The position numbers and the translations under genes are program-made. Shown here piece after piece: positions 51,471 through 63,252 of a stretch of 64,000 nt of DNA. The notes under the pieces were generated by a model, which saw only the letters and a list, made by a program, of their open reading frames with translations, had not been told where the DNA came from and did no database searches. Source of the stretch: Octopus bimaculoides (taxonomy: Eukaryota); contig NC_068981.1 of assembly GCF_001194135.2 (NCBI RefSeq), positions 4,387,745 to 4,451,744 of the forward strand. The letters are read 5' to 3'. Numbering within the stretch: the first letter of the stretch is position 1; each line of letters starts with the position of its first letter.

Positions 51471-51564
51471 GACATCTCAAGTCATATATGTTGTTATTAT
51501 TAAAAATTATTAAGCAATTGCTTAATAAGTTTTAATAATAACAACATATATGACTTGAGATGTC
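51471..51564. repeat. 94-bp near-perfect loopless palindrome
   Basis: GACATCTCAAGTCATATATG...AAGCAATTGCTT...CATATATGACTTGAGATGTC, with one mismatched pair. Confidence 0.95.
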
Positions 51565-51784
51565 TTGCCATGTTGTTTGTTTTCCTTTTTAACAAATTTA
51601 TGTATGTGTGTGTGTGTGTATATCATCATCATCATCGTTTAACGTCCGTTTTCCATGCTGGCATGGGTTGGACGGTTTGACTTGGGTCTGGGAGGCCAGG
51701 AGGCTGCACCAGGCTCCAGTCTGATCTGGCAGTGTTTCTACAGATGGATGCCTTTCTTAACACGAACCACTGCGAGAGTATGTA

Positions 51785-51817
<33 letters not shown>

Positions 51818-52001
51818 GTGCATGAATGTAATACATATATGTATGTGTGTGTGTGTGTGTGAGTGTGTGCATGCATATATATATATATATATANNNNNNN
51901 NNNNNNNNNNNNNNNNNNNNNNNNNNNNNNNNNNNNNNNNNNNNNNNNNNNNNTATAATTTATTAAATAACAGGAGATGGATTGGTAATAAACTTTAATA
52001 C

Positions 52002-52105
52002 GTACAACGTTCGTTTCGACCCATCCTGCTATTGTCCTTTATGTGTGGGGCTCCATTCAACATGTTATGTTGCATGGGTTTTGCAGTCTGGGTCTCATCA
52101 GGTAC
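52002..52105 (-). ncRNA. Type I hammerhead motif with enlarged stem II
   Basis: GTAC-CTGATGA-GACCC-[~68 nt]-GGGTC-GAAA-C-GAAC-GT-T/GTAC. Confidence 0.6.
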
Positions 52106-52169
52106 ATCGATGAAGTTTTGTCTCAGTACAGATCTTGAGTGCCATTTCCCTTGTTGTTACTTCATCGAT

Positions 52170-52274
52170 GTACCTGATGAGACCCAGACTGCAAAACCCA
52201 TTCAACATAACATGTTGAATGGAGCCCCACACATAAAGGACAAATAGCAGGATGGGTTGAAACGTACGTTGTAC
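52170..52274 (+). ncRNA. Type I hammerhead motif with enlarged stem II
   Basis: GTAC-CTGATGA-GACCC-[68 nt containing the hairpin CCATTCAACAT-AAC-ATGTTGAATGG]-GGGTT-GAAA-CGTACGT-T/GTAC; palindromic stem III ACGTACGT. Confidence 0.6.
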
Positions 52275-52529
52275 GTATTAAAGTTTATTACCAATCCATC
52301 TTCTGTTATTTAGTAAATTACCCTAATTGACACTCGGGGGTTTTTGAAGTAGATCCAAAGGAAGTGTACCATGACTGCAGATGACAACAACTAGCCTCAG
52401 CTGTGCCGGTGCTCTACTCAATATTCAAACACACTAATCGGCTTAAACCTATTAGTCCAAATTATTTATTCTTTGTCCTTACATGTTTTTGATTTACATT
52501 AGCCCTTGTGGCCAATAAAACAAGAATTA

Positions 52530-52564
<35 letters not shown>

Positions 52565-52626
52565 GTGTGTGTAGGGAAGAATTCACAAAAAAAACAAAAG
52601 ACGAAGACAGGTAGACAACAAACAGA

Positions 52627-52786
52627 TCATGATCATCATCGTTTAACGTCCGCTTTCCATGCTGGCATGGGTTGGACAATTTGACTGAGGACTGGTGAGA
52701 CCGGATGGCTGCACCAGGCTCCAATCTGATCTGGCAGAGTTTCTACAGGTGGATGCCCTTCCTAACACCAACCACTCTGAGAGTGT
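52627..52786 (-). mobile_element. RTE 3' end
   Basis: Reverse complement of the conserved RTE terminus. Confidence 0.75.
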
Positions 52787-52827
52787 TAGGAAGATGTATT
52801 AGTTTAATGCTCAGGAAGTGAAAAATT

Positions 52828-52864
52828 CTTTAATGTTTCGAGCCTACGCTCTTTCCACAGAAAG
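52828..52864 (-). ncRNA. Hammerhead-like motif with variant core
   Basis: CTTT-CTGTGGAAA-GAGC-gtag-GCTC-GAAA-CATT-AAAG; stems I and II pair, but the core is not CUGANGA. Confidence 0.3.
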
Positions 52865-53390
52865 GAACACAGAAAGACACAAGGAGAGAAAATAAAGAAT
52901 GTGTAGTGGCTAGTGATCTATCATATAAAGAGTATTGGAACTGCTAGTGCAAAAGTTACAAATGACCACAATGGTAAAATGTATGTGTAGAACAACAGGT
53001 GTAAACGAGTGCTTATCATAATTGCTCGTGTGTGTGTGTGTATGTGTGTGTGTGTTTTGAGTTTCCATCGTGTTCACTGGTTTGTAAACAATGGCTTGCA
53101 GTGCGTCATGAAAAAAGTACATACAAGCTCTCCCTGGCATGTTTTGAGACTCCACAAAAAACAGTGTTGTTTGTTTCCAGTTCCCCTCAGAAGATATGAC
53201 AAGGCTGCTAGGTGTTCAATGAACAAGGAGACTAACAACCTCACCTGGAAATAAGAGGGGCATTGGCAACAGGAAGGTCATCGAGATGTCTCAACATACT
53301 CTTGTCTAACCCATGCCAACATGGGAAAGTAGATGGTAAAATGATAATGATGATCTTGACCATGGTCATGATGATAATGATCACCACCAT

Positions 53391-54034
53391 CATCTAACAT
53401 CTGTTTTCCATGCTGGCATGAGTTGGACAAATTAACAGAATTTGGCAAGCTGGAGAGCTACACCAGGCTGCATTTGTCTGTTTTGGCATGCTTTCTACAG
53501 CTGGACACCCTTCCTAATGCCAACCACTTTACAGAGTGTACTGGGTGCTTTTTATGTGGCACCAGCACAGGTGCTTTTTACATGGCACCAGTACAGGTAG
53601 CTTTTACATGGCACGTGCTGGTGGCACATAAAAAGCACCATTTGAGTGTGGTCATTGCCAGTGCTGCCTGACTGGCCCTCGTGCCGGTGACACGTATAAA
53701 GCACCCACTACACTCTCAGAGTGGTTGGCATTAATTAGGAAGGGCATCAGCTGTAGAAACATTGCCAGATCGGATTGGAGCCTGGTTCAGCCTTCTGGCT
53801 TGCTGGCCCTCAGTCAAACCATCCAACCTATGCCAGCATAGAAAGTGGATATTAAACGACAATGATCATCATCATCATCATCATCATCATCGTTTAACGT
53901 CCGCTTTCCATGCTAGCATGGGTTGGACGATTTGACTGAGGACTGGTGAAACCGGATGGCAACACCAGGCTCCAGTCTGATTTGGCAGAGTTTCTACAGC
54001 TGGATGCCCTTCCTAACGCCAACCACTCAGAGAG
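53391..54034. mobile_element. Cluster of three RTE 3' ends in alternating orientation
   Basis: ~53391-53600 (-), ~53610-53864 (+) and 53866-54034 (-). Confidence 0.75.
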
Positions 54035-54214
54035 TGATGATGGAAAATTTTCACACCTTACTATTCTTTATCAAATGGCCAAAATGAATGATATGGAAAA
54101 ACTACTCAGTTATCTCCTATACAAACAAACAAACAAACAACATTATAAAATAGCAGCACAAAAACCTCCCACATCTTTTACTAAATATTAGAACTTTACT
54201 TTTTGGAATTTTAA

Positions 54215-54423
54215 CTTTTTTGATACCAATCCACTCTGGTTCTTCTAGCATACACTTCCTGTTTTAAAGTGATCTAAATTTAAATCTTCCATCAAAATCT
54301 CAAGTTAATTTATATTCCATACGCCAGCTTCATAATGACAAAGTTATTCTAAATTCTTCGTTATTTTCAAAATTAGCTGAAACAACTGCAGTGTATTTCC
54401 ACAGAAATATGGTAACAAAAGGG
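54215..54423 (+). mobile_element. piggyBac-like MITE
   Basis: TTAA|CTTTTTTGATACC ... GGTAACAAAAGGG|TTAA. Confidence 0.7.
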
Positions 54424-55324
54424 TTAAACACAGCATAGTAATTAACTTGACACATCGTTCTCCACTGGAAAGTCCAGATGATTTTTATCTTAATTTCTTT
54501 GACATTGACAAAATCACTTCCTGATTGGGTTTCCTCTGGAAAATCAATATATCTTAAAAAACATGTTTGGCTACCAAAAATAGATCCATTCGTTGAAAAG
54601 GTGCTGGAGATTGAAGTAGTCTTGTGCTACTTCATCAAATTCAATTTGAAATATTGATGGGGAATGATACAGTTTCAACAAGTCATTTATTTCAACCTCC
54701 TGAATCTGAGACTCAACATAACTCTTAACCAAATACAACAACAACTTGTACAGTAACGATGATAGCACAACTTTAGAAACAATAGATGATGGAACGTATA
54801 AAAACCACCGTTCTACTATAATTGCAACAGATAATCGTAACAGACCTAAAAGTACAACAAGAATGTCCACCTACTTAAATGAATATAACAGGTCCAAAAC
54901 AACAACAACTACTTATTTTTATTGTATTTTATATCAATTACTAAGTTTTGTTTTACTTGCAAATCAATGACTTTGGAATAGGTACAATATGGTTGAATGC
55001 TTAATAAGGTTGCTTTGTAATCATGAGGACACGGGATCAATTTCACTGCATAGCATCTTGGACAAGAGTCTTTCCTATAGCCTCGGACTGATGCATACAT
55101 TACAAGTAAAACTGGGTTGATAGAAACTGTATGGAAGCTCATAAGATGGATTGTCCCCACAATTCGAAAGATTACAGTTTTGTGTCATATTGACTCTGCC
55201 TGAGAATTACGTTAAGAGCACATGTATCTGTGGAATACTCAGTCAACTTACTCATTAACTTGAGAGCAGGTAATTCAATAGAACTACCACCGCCCCTACT
55301 GTTAATGGCACTCCACCAGTTACA

Positions 55325-55631
55325 ACGATAAAGGTTCCAGTTGATCCAATCAGTGGAACAGCCTGCTCATGAAATTACTGTGCAAGTGGTCAAGCACTCC
55401 ACAGACAGGCATACCCTTAATGTAGCTCTCAGGGTGACTCAGTATGACACAGAATGTGACAAGACTGACCCTTTGAATTACCGGTACTACTCAATTTTAC
55501 CAGCAGAGTGGAGACTGCAGCAATGTGAAATAAAGACTCTTGCTGAAGGACACAACATGCCACCAGGAATCAAACACATGACCTTACATTCGCGAGCTGA
55601 ATACCCTAACCATTAAGCCACATGCCTTCAC
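55325..55631 (-). mobile_element. SINE head type B, long body
   Basis: Reverse complement of 15948-16266. Confidence 0.7.
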
Positions 55632-55925
55632 AAGAACCCTATGTACATGTGTATGAGCCTGTTGGAGAACAGGTCACCTATCAGTATAAAATCTAGATAA
55701 AACAACTTTGTTAATCAACACCTTCTGAAACATGAAATACTCAAAATGGGTGGAAACTGAGAGCTACAAATTATGAATTACAACAATAAAAAGAACTCTA
55801 GAGCTTAAAATGATTTACCTTTGGATGGTATTAAATTACCAAAATACAACATCGGCTATTGGTTAAAAATTTAGAAAAGAACTGCATTGTTTCAAGGATT
55901 GGGTCAAATATGTAACCATCTAGAG

Positions 55926-56403
55926 CAGGGGTCAGCAAACTTCTTACATCATTGACCCCTTCATGTAATCATTGATAACTTATTGATCCTCATCATGTAA
56001 ATTTCTAAAATAAAATTAAAAAGTATAATTAACAAAAAAAAATTCTTGATTTTAAAACAATAATTCCTTTTTGTTTTTTTTTTCTTTCTGTCATTACAGC
56101 TTTTTAATAAGAGATATTTAAAGAAATTTAATTAAAATGCTTAACGAAATTGATAAAGACCAATAAAAATTCAGTCATATTGATATTGTTGGAATATTTA
56201 TTATGAATCATTTGTTTGATGAACACTAGTTATTGCATTGATATTTGGCTGGAAATTAGTTTAAGCCTTAAATTGCAGCAGTCTTCTAGATTTGGTTAAC
56301 TAATAATTTAGTATCGTTAACACTCAAAATCAGTTCATGTGCTCATTAGCCCCTAGGCTAGACACCTTCCCAGGGATCAAACTGACTGCTTTGCCAACCC
56401 CTG
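55926..56403. mobile_element. hAT MITE
   Basis: TIRs CAGGGGTCAGCAAA / TTTGCCAACCCCTG; 8-bp flanks ATCTAGAG / ATATAGAG. Confidence 0.75.
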
Positions 56404-57007
56404 ATATAGAGAACCAATGTGTAAACATTAAACGATAAACCAATGGTAATTAAGGAGTTGATTAATAATAGGCTGTTAAACATGAATGCGTTTATTACAT
56501 TGCAGTAAATCCAAGTGGGACCAACTTCCATGTATATATACAATCAGCTAAAATGACCCCCAGAAGCAACATATTCAGAATGAAGGAAGCAAAGCATAGA
56601 TTTCACATAGCTTATGCTTTGTACTCAACAGTTGTTTCATTAAGAGGGAGCAAGTTTTTAGAGGTCTGGAAGTGACTGCTTAGTGAGGACAAAAGAACAG
56701 GGTCCACGACTCGTTACAGGAGGCAATGAGGAAGGAAGATACCCTTTAACCAGAGACCTGGCCTGAAGGCCTACAATGGAGTGGACTCCTCCTCCAAAGG
56801 TACCCAAGATGTCGGGTAGTATGGTTAAACTGGGCAACGGATTAAGTCTGTCACCCAAGTAGGCCATGGAGGGACTTAAACTCAGAATGCAAACAGCAGG
56901 AATGAATACCACAAGGCATTCAGTCTGAAGTTGTTACAGCTCTGGGAAGCCATCGGCCTAGATTACTACTTTTTTTTTTTAATTCATCCTGAAACGTTAA
57001 ATTGCAA

Positions 57008-57316
57008 TGGCCGTTGCCAGTACCGCCTGACTGGCTCCTGTAGGATTTTCGAGCGAGATCGTTGCCAGTGCCCCTGGACTGGCTTGTGCGGGTGGCACAT
57101 AAAAGACACCATTTCGAGCGTGGCCGTTTTCGTGCAGGTGACACGTAAAAGCACCCACTACACTCTCTGAGTGGTTGGCGTTAGGAAGGGCATCCAGCTG
57201 TAGAAACTCTGCCAAATCAGACTGGAGCCTGGTGTTGCCATCCGGTTTCACCAGTCCTCAGTCAAATCGTCCAACCCATGCTAGCATGGAAAGCGGACGT
57301 TAAACGATGATGATGA
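57008..57316 (+). mobile_element. RTE 3' end, very young
   Basis: The terminal ~145 nt appear identical by eye to 49071-49216 and 53890-54035. Confidence 0.85.
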
Positions 57317-58063
57317 TCTCAGTGCAATTTGAACTCACAATTGCAAGTCTCAGTACAGTCTATCGAATGCTCTAACAACACTGCCAAGGTACTACATATC
57401 ACTGACAAGCTCAAAATAAAGTGTTGGCTATCTGTCTAATTTTAAAACTGAAACCGGTTCGTTCTTGTAAAGTACACAAATGCAGAAGTTACTTGATTGT
57501 CTTCAAGTTATATCACTATTTAATAATAGCTGGTATATTATGTTGGTTGGTAGATTTATTCAGTCATGTATTATATCATATTGAGAGAAGGAAAGAGAAT
57601 AAAAGAGATATACAGAGAGAGTGAATGTAACAGGTGTACGATGAGTGTGCATAATAGGCTTGCTGGCAGGCAATGGGTAAAGCAATGACACAGCCACACA
57701 GTGAGAGATAGAAAGAAAAGAATCACAAAGATTGAGAAGGAGAAGTAAATGACAGAGTAATTATGGAAGAAGTTCAGATTTTGTAGAGATGAATTTTTGA
57801 TTTTATGTTGATAAAATTTAGAAAAACAATTGTTCTAAACTTCGATACAAAGCATCATTTTAATGACCCTGAAAGAATGAAAGGAAAGGTTGACTTCAAT
57901 GGGATTTGAACTCAGAATGTAAAAATCTGAAGGAAATAGCACTAAGCATTTTGTCTGATGCACCAACAATTCTATTGCAAATAAATAAATGAGAAAGTTG
58001 TTTTGTTCAATTTTAACGTAATAAATACTTTTTCTTTTGAAAATTATTATTCATTGGCATCAG

Positions 58064-58201
58064 TGCCGATGCCAATAACCAGATCACTGTCACAGCTGGA
58101 GCAGATAGAACATTGAAGTTCTGGAAGTTCAAGTCAAAACAACTTTTAAACGAACTGAAACTCGACAGCTATATTGCCAAAATTTTACTTCATCGTGAAA
58201 G
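58064..58201 (+). CDS. WDR36: Isolated exon resembling WDR36/UTP21 (WD40 region)
   Basis: (GIS)ADANNQITVTAGADRTLKFWKFKSKQLLNELKLDSYIAKILLHRE(S) matches the recalled human WDR36 segment GVAVDGLNQLTVTTGSEGLLKFWNFKNKILIHSVSLSSSPNIMLLHRDS. The donor AG|GTAAAT is strong; the acceptor (CATCAG at 58058-58063) is uncertain. Confidence 0.75.
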
Positions 58202-60134
58202 GTAAATAAACCACTGTGACTGTGTATATGTGAGATTATTGAGAGAGGAATTGGAACCATGGAGACAAGTTGCATATGAACCAAGAGGTGCATGTCTCAT
58301 TTGTAACACTTCATGTGCAGATACAGGATTGTCAACCATCTAGTCCACTTTGCTGAGTGGTTGGTGCTAGGAAGGGCATCCAACTGTAAAAATCCTGCCA
58401 AAACAGTCACAAGATGGGGCTCTTGTGGTACCGTTTCACCCATGCTAGCATAGAACACGGACATTAAAGGATGATGATAATGATGATGATTTCATCATTT
58501 TGCCATCAGCACCAATAAATTTATTAAAAGTTAAATTATCTTTTGCATGCCATATTTCATGATATTACCCATGGTGACAAAAGCATACTTGCAAAGTTAG
58601 CACTCACAAGACAAGTAGCACTAGTTCTCGTTTGATAATCAGGATGATCGGAAAACTTTAGAGAAATAGCACAATGCCTACGTATATCCATGTTACTATC
58701 CAATATGTCTACATTTTAGGCATTTGTTTGCTTTATATTCACATGGATACACTAGTTTATTCATAGCATTAAAAAAATCTATTTAGTTGTCTACAGCAGC
58801 AAGCGTCTAGGATCAGTAAAAGCAGCATTTCCTTTCAGTGGTAATTTAGCTATTATACTATCATTATCTTCACCTTTTCTATTGATTGAATCTCATAGCT
58901 GAATTTATTTGCAACATATTCTACAGTCTTTTAACGTTAACTCAGTTGGATTGTAAAGCTATATCGGTATACTTGGACAAACTGAAACACTGATAGAAAT
59001 TATTTTTCCTGATTGTCTTGTCTCAACAGTATTGAATTAATTAATATTTAATTACTGTTAGAACTGGGGTGAAATCACAACATTTCAGAATGTTTCAACA
59101 TGCTTTATTTTAGATAATGTTTCTAGGTCAAAGTCTTTCCCAACAACATAATAAAAGCCACTTAATCTACATATGGTTGTTCCCATGGGTGTTTTATAGT
59201 CTTCAATTATTGTTGTGGGAGTTTAACTGAAAGTAAGGAGTTTCATTGATGTACGGTTTTGAGGCTGTGTGATTAAGAAGCTTGCTTCCCAACCACATGC
59301 CTTGGAGTTCAGTCCCACTGCATTGCACTTTGGGCAAACACCTCTTATTATGGCCTTAGGCTGACCAAAGCCTCTCGAGTGGATTTGAAACCTGACAGAC
59401 AAAAACTGAAAGAAGCCTGTGTGTGAGTAGGTGTTTGGGCAAGTGATTGTGTCTTCCTCTCTTTATGTCACACAACAGCTGTAAACAAGTGTCAACACCA
59501 CACAAGCTGTGTCCCCTGCTTCTAATCTTCCATGCAAACATGTCAAGCCATGGTGAAATACTACCTTGCTTAGAAACAAGTGAGGGTTGGTGACAGGAAA
59601 GGAACCCAGAAATCTGTCTCAATGAATTCTGTCTGATCCATGCAAACATAGCAAAGAGAACATTAAATCAATGATGATGATGATGATAATGATGACAATT
59701 ACCAAGATTTATTGATTCTTTTTTACTTCTGAAAGTGCTTAAATATTTTACATTTGAAATTGCTTAAAAGAACATCCAAAAATTTTCAGCAAGTTTTTAA
59801 TATTTAATGTTACACCTTTATACATAATGTTTCTGATAAACCATATATATTTCTTAAAAGAGTTTGATAAACTGTTCATCATCATCATTGTTTGAAGTTT
59901 ACTGTTCCATGCTGGCATTAGTCAAATAGAATTTGTTGTGGTAGCTTTGTTTATAGCTGGATACCCTTCCTATCACCAACCTCGCCTATTCCAAGCAAAG
60001 TAATAGTTCTCCGTGGCCAGCCAGGTTTTCCACAGAAAAACTGAAATGAACAATATCAACCAAAGCCCCGTGTGTGGACTTGGTAGACAAAAACTGAAAG
60101 AAGCCTGTTGTGTGTATACTCTTTACTCTCTCTG

Positions 60135-60512
60135 TTACTTGTTTCAGTCATTTGACTGCACCCATGCTGGAGCACCGCTTTTAGTCGAGCAAATCGACCC
60201 CAGGACTTATTCTTTGTAAGCCTAGTACTTATTCCATCGGTCTCTTTTGCCGAACCGCTAAGTTACAGGGACATAAACACACCACCATCGGTTGTCAAGC
60301 GATGTTGGGGGGACAAACACAGACACACACATATATATACATATATACGATGGGCTTCTTTCAGTTTCCGTCTACCAAATCCACTCACAAGGCTTTGGTC
60401 AGCCCAAGGCTATAGTAGAAGACACTTGCCCAAGGTGCCACGCAGTGGGACTGAACCCGGAACCATGTGGTTGGTAAGCAAGCTACTTACCACACAGCCA
60501 CTCCTGCGCCTA
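60135..60512 (-). mobile_element. Full-length SINE family A (young, CpG-rich)
   Basis: Complete head, microsatellite and tail. Confidence 0.9.
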
Positions 60513-60776
60513 TGTGTACATATAATATATTTTAATTTGGCTGAGTTAGTCTCTTGCTACTTTGAGTTTTAGAATCTTTTGGCAAGCTATGACTGATCTC
60601 CAGTCATAACTTGCCTGAAGACCCTGTGCACTCACAGGTAAAACTCAGAGTAGCAAGAAAACTGACTTTAACAAAATAAGATAAATTATCAATCCCTACT
60701 ACGGTATCATGTACACTTTTTTCCCAACAGTTAACACTAAACACACACACACACACACACTGTGTTTGTGTGCACA

Positions 60777-60822
<46 letters not shown>

Positions 60823-61629
60823 CAAGCATAAGCAAGTGTATGTTTGTGTCTCCAGTGATAGTTGTAAATGAGTGCCACTGTCTTACAAGCAGTGTCGTTC
60901 ATTTCAGATATTCTGTGAATTCTGATCTGGCCATGGGGAAATATTACCTTGTTTGGAAACAGATGAGGTTTTGGTAACGGGAAGGACATCTGACTATAGA
61001 AAATCTATCTTGCAAAACACTGATCCATGGAAGCATGGAAAAGTACACGTTAAAATGATGACGATAGTTCTGATGATACACACACACACACACACACACA
61101 CATACATATATGTAGTGCAATAAGTTTGACCTCCAGGCCACAAGTCTGCTTATTAAGGTTATTTTCATTACAGATCTACATTATTAAAACAATGAACTCT
61201 AGTATTTTATAAAATTGCTAATTACATCAAAATATCACAGGGTTTGTTTCACTTGCATTAAACTTAATTAATTAAAGCCTTATTATCATATACTTCAGCT
61301 ACTTGAAAAAAAAATACTTGCAGTAAATGGACTAACACAACTATCTCTGACCTACACTTTTACATTGATATAGTTGTCGGCCAATAATGGTTGTTTGTCT
61401 ACAAATAGCATACCTATGTATATGGTCTTTATTTTCGTAATTAAACACCTACCAATTATGTACGCTATTAATGATAGAAATGTTATTTCAATAATCCTCT
61501 TAAAGAGAATTGTGTATAATTAGACTTAAAAGTATAATCTACATTAGTGTTACTAAGTTGATTTGTAAAATAAATACATACATACATTGAAACTTTAGCA
61601 GAGCAAGAGAAATTAAATGCTCATTTCCT

Positions 61630-61684
61630 CTTGCTTTTTCTCCCTCTCACTCTGTGTGTGTGTGTGTGCGTGCGTGCATACATG

Positions 61685-61742
<58 letters not shown>

Positions 61743-61745
61743 CAA
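61630..61745. repeat. (GT)n microsatellite
   Basis: Seen directly; similar arrays at ~60720-60820 and 42478-42510. Confidence 0.9.
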
Positions 61746-62369
61746 AATTTACTCCAAAAAATCATTCCAGACAAATGAAGAGGGGCTGAATAGAGCTCAT
61801 TTCAACAAATCCTTGTTTTAGCTCCATTGCTCTTTCCTTATTCTCTCTATTTTTGTTTCCAACAGGCAATTACAGATGTTTCATTTTTTGGGGACACCCC
61901 CAAACCCAAACCTCCGTTGCTACACACACACACACACACACAAGATCTTATAGTTTCAAAGAATTTGTCAAATATGTAGATAGAGAAGTCCTACTGTACT
62001 CCATGTTCACTGACAGACTGCTCCAGCTTGCACCCTCTCCACATGAAAAACAACAAAGAGCTGTACACATTCACCCTCCACCTGCAATCTGCTTCTTCCT
62101 TAATGCACCCATTTAGAAACACCTAAGAGCAACCTGAAGCTACCCAATTCTGCATGCGACTTTGTGTGTCAGAGTGTAATTGAAACCAACAGCAATAGCT
62201 CTCGGTCCCCATTTAAGGGTCTCTACTCCAAATCCAAAAGCACTGCCATTACAACCAGTGATGCCTATATGTGTAGGGTCTTACTGGCAGAGATATTAGT
62301 GAGCATTTCTACAGTACAACTGCTATGGATTAGTGGCAGAATAACAAGAACTGGCACTCCGTTGGTTAT

Positions 62370-62672
62370 GGTGATGAGGGTCCCAGTTGATCCGATCGAT
62401 GGAAGAGCTTACGTGTGAAATTAATGGGCAAGTGGTTGAGTACTCCATAGACATGCGTACCCTTAAAGCAGTTCTCAAGGAGATTCAGCTTGACAAAGAA
62501 TGTGATGAAGCTGGCCTTTTGATCTACAAGTACAACTCATATTTGCCAGCTGAATGGACTGGAGCAACGTGAAATAAAGTGTCTTGCTCAAGGACACAAT
62601 GAGCCACCAGGAATCGAACTCATGATCTTATGATCGAGAGTCAAATACTATAACTGCTAACCCACATGCCTT
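62370..62672 (-). mobile_element. SINE head type B, long body
   Basis: Reverse complement of 15948-16266. Confidence 0.7.
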
Positions 62673-62775
62673 TACTGGTGGCAGAATATATAATTATTTA
62701 AAACTTAATAATGAATATATTCTTTCAGCTTTAAAGCTGTGGTCATGCTGGGGCACCACTGTTGAAAAATGTAAA

Positions 62776-63252
62776 TAGGTGCAGGAGTGGCTGTGTGGTA
62801 AATAGCTTGCTTCCCAACCACATGGTTCCGGGTTCAGTCCCACTGCGTGGCACCTTGGGCAGGTGTCTTCTACTATAGCCTCAGGCCAGCCAAAGCCTTG
62901 TGAGTGGATTTGGTAGATGGAAACTGAAAGAAACCCGTCGTATATATATATNNNNNNNNNNNNNNNNNNNNNNNNNNNNNNNNNNNNNNNNNNNNNNNNN
63001 NNNNNNNNNNNNNNNNNNNTATATATATGTATGTATGTGTGTGTTTGTGTGTGTGTGTGTCTGTGTTTGTCCCCCCAACATCGCTTGACAACCGATGCTG
63101 GTGTATTTACGTCCCCTTAACTTAGCAGTTCAGCAAATAGACTGATAGAATAAGTACTAAGCTTATAAAGAATAAGTCCTGGGGTCGATTTGTTCAACTA
63201 AAGGTGGTGCTCCAGCATGGCTTCAGTCAAATGATTGAAATGAATAAAAGAA
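62776..63252 (+). mobile_element. Full-length SINE family A (central microsatellite in N gap)
   Basis: TAGGTGCAGGAGTGGCTGTGTGG head through the GTCAAATGATTGAAATGAATAAAAG tail. Confidence 0.85.

Larger units (their letters stand above)
51956..52320. mobile_element. Penelope-like foldback element with two hammerhead motifs
   Basis: Arms 51956-52116 and 52159-52320 are near-perfect reverse complements around a 42-nt spacer. The left flank is lost in an N gap. Confidence 0.75.

Noticed and set aside
54571-54740. Minus-strand ORF SYVESQIQEVEINDLLKLYHSPSIFQIEFDEVAQDYFNLQHLFNEW
   Set aside because: It looks protein-like, but the splice sites are weak and the faint similarity to the WDR36 C-terminus does not hold up in motif order or strand.
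62160-62290. Minus-strand peptide GITGCNGSAFGFGVETLKWGPRAIAVGFNYTL
   Set aside because: Weak donor (GTAGCT) and no recognised homology, so it is unsupported.
4792-63120. Long ORFs in the track made largely of X (e.g. 4792-5520, 10268-11292, 22378-24092, 27433-28098, 49127-49913)
   Set aside because: They span N gaps or microsatellites and are artefacts. Only the RTE peptide at 49724-49913 is meaningful.
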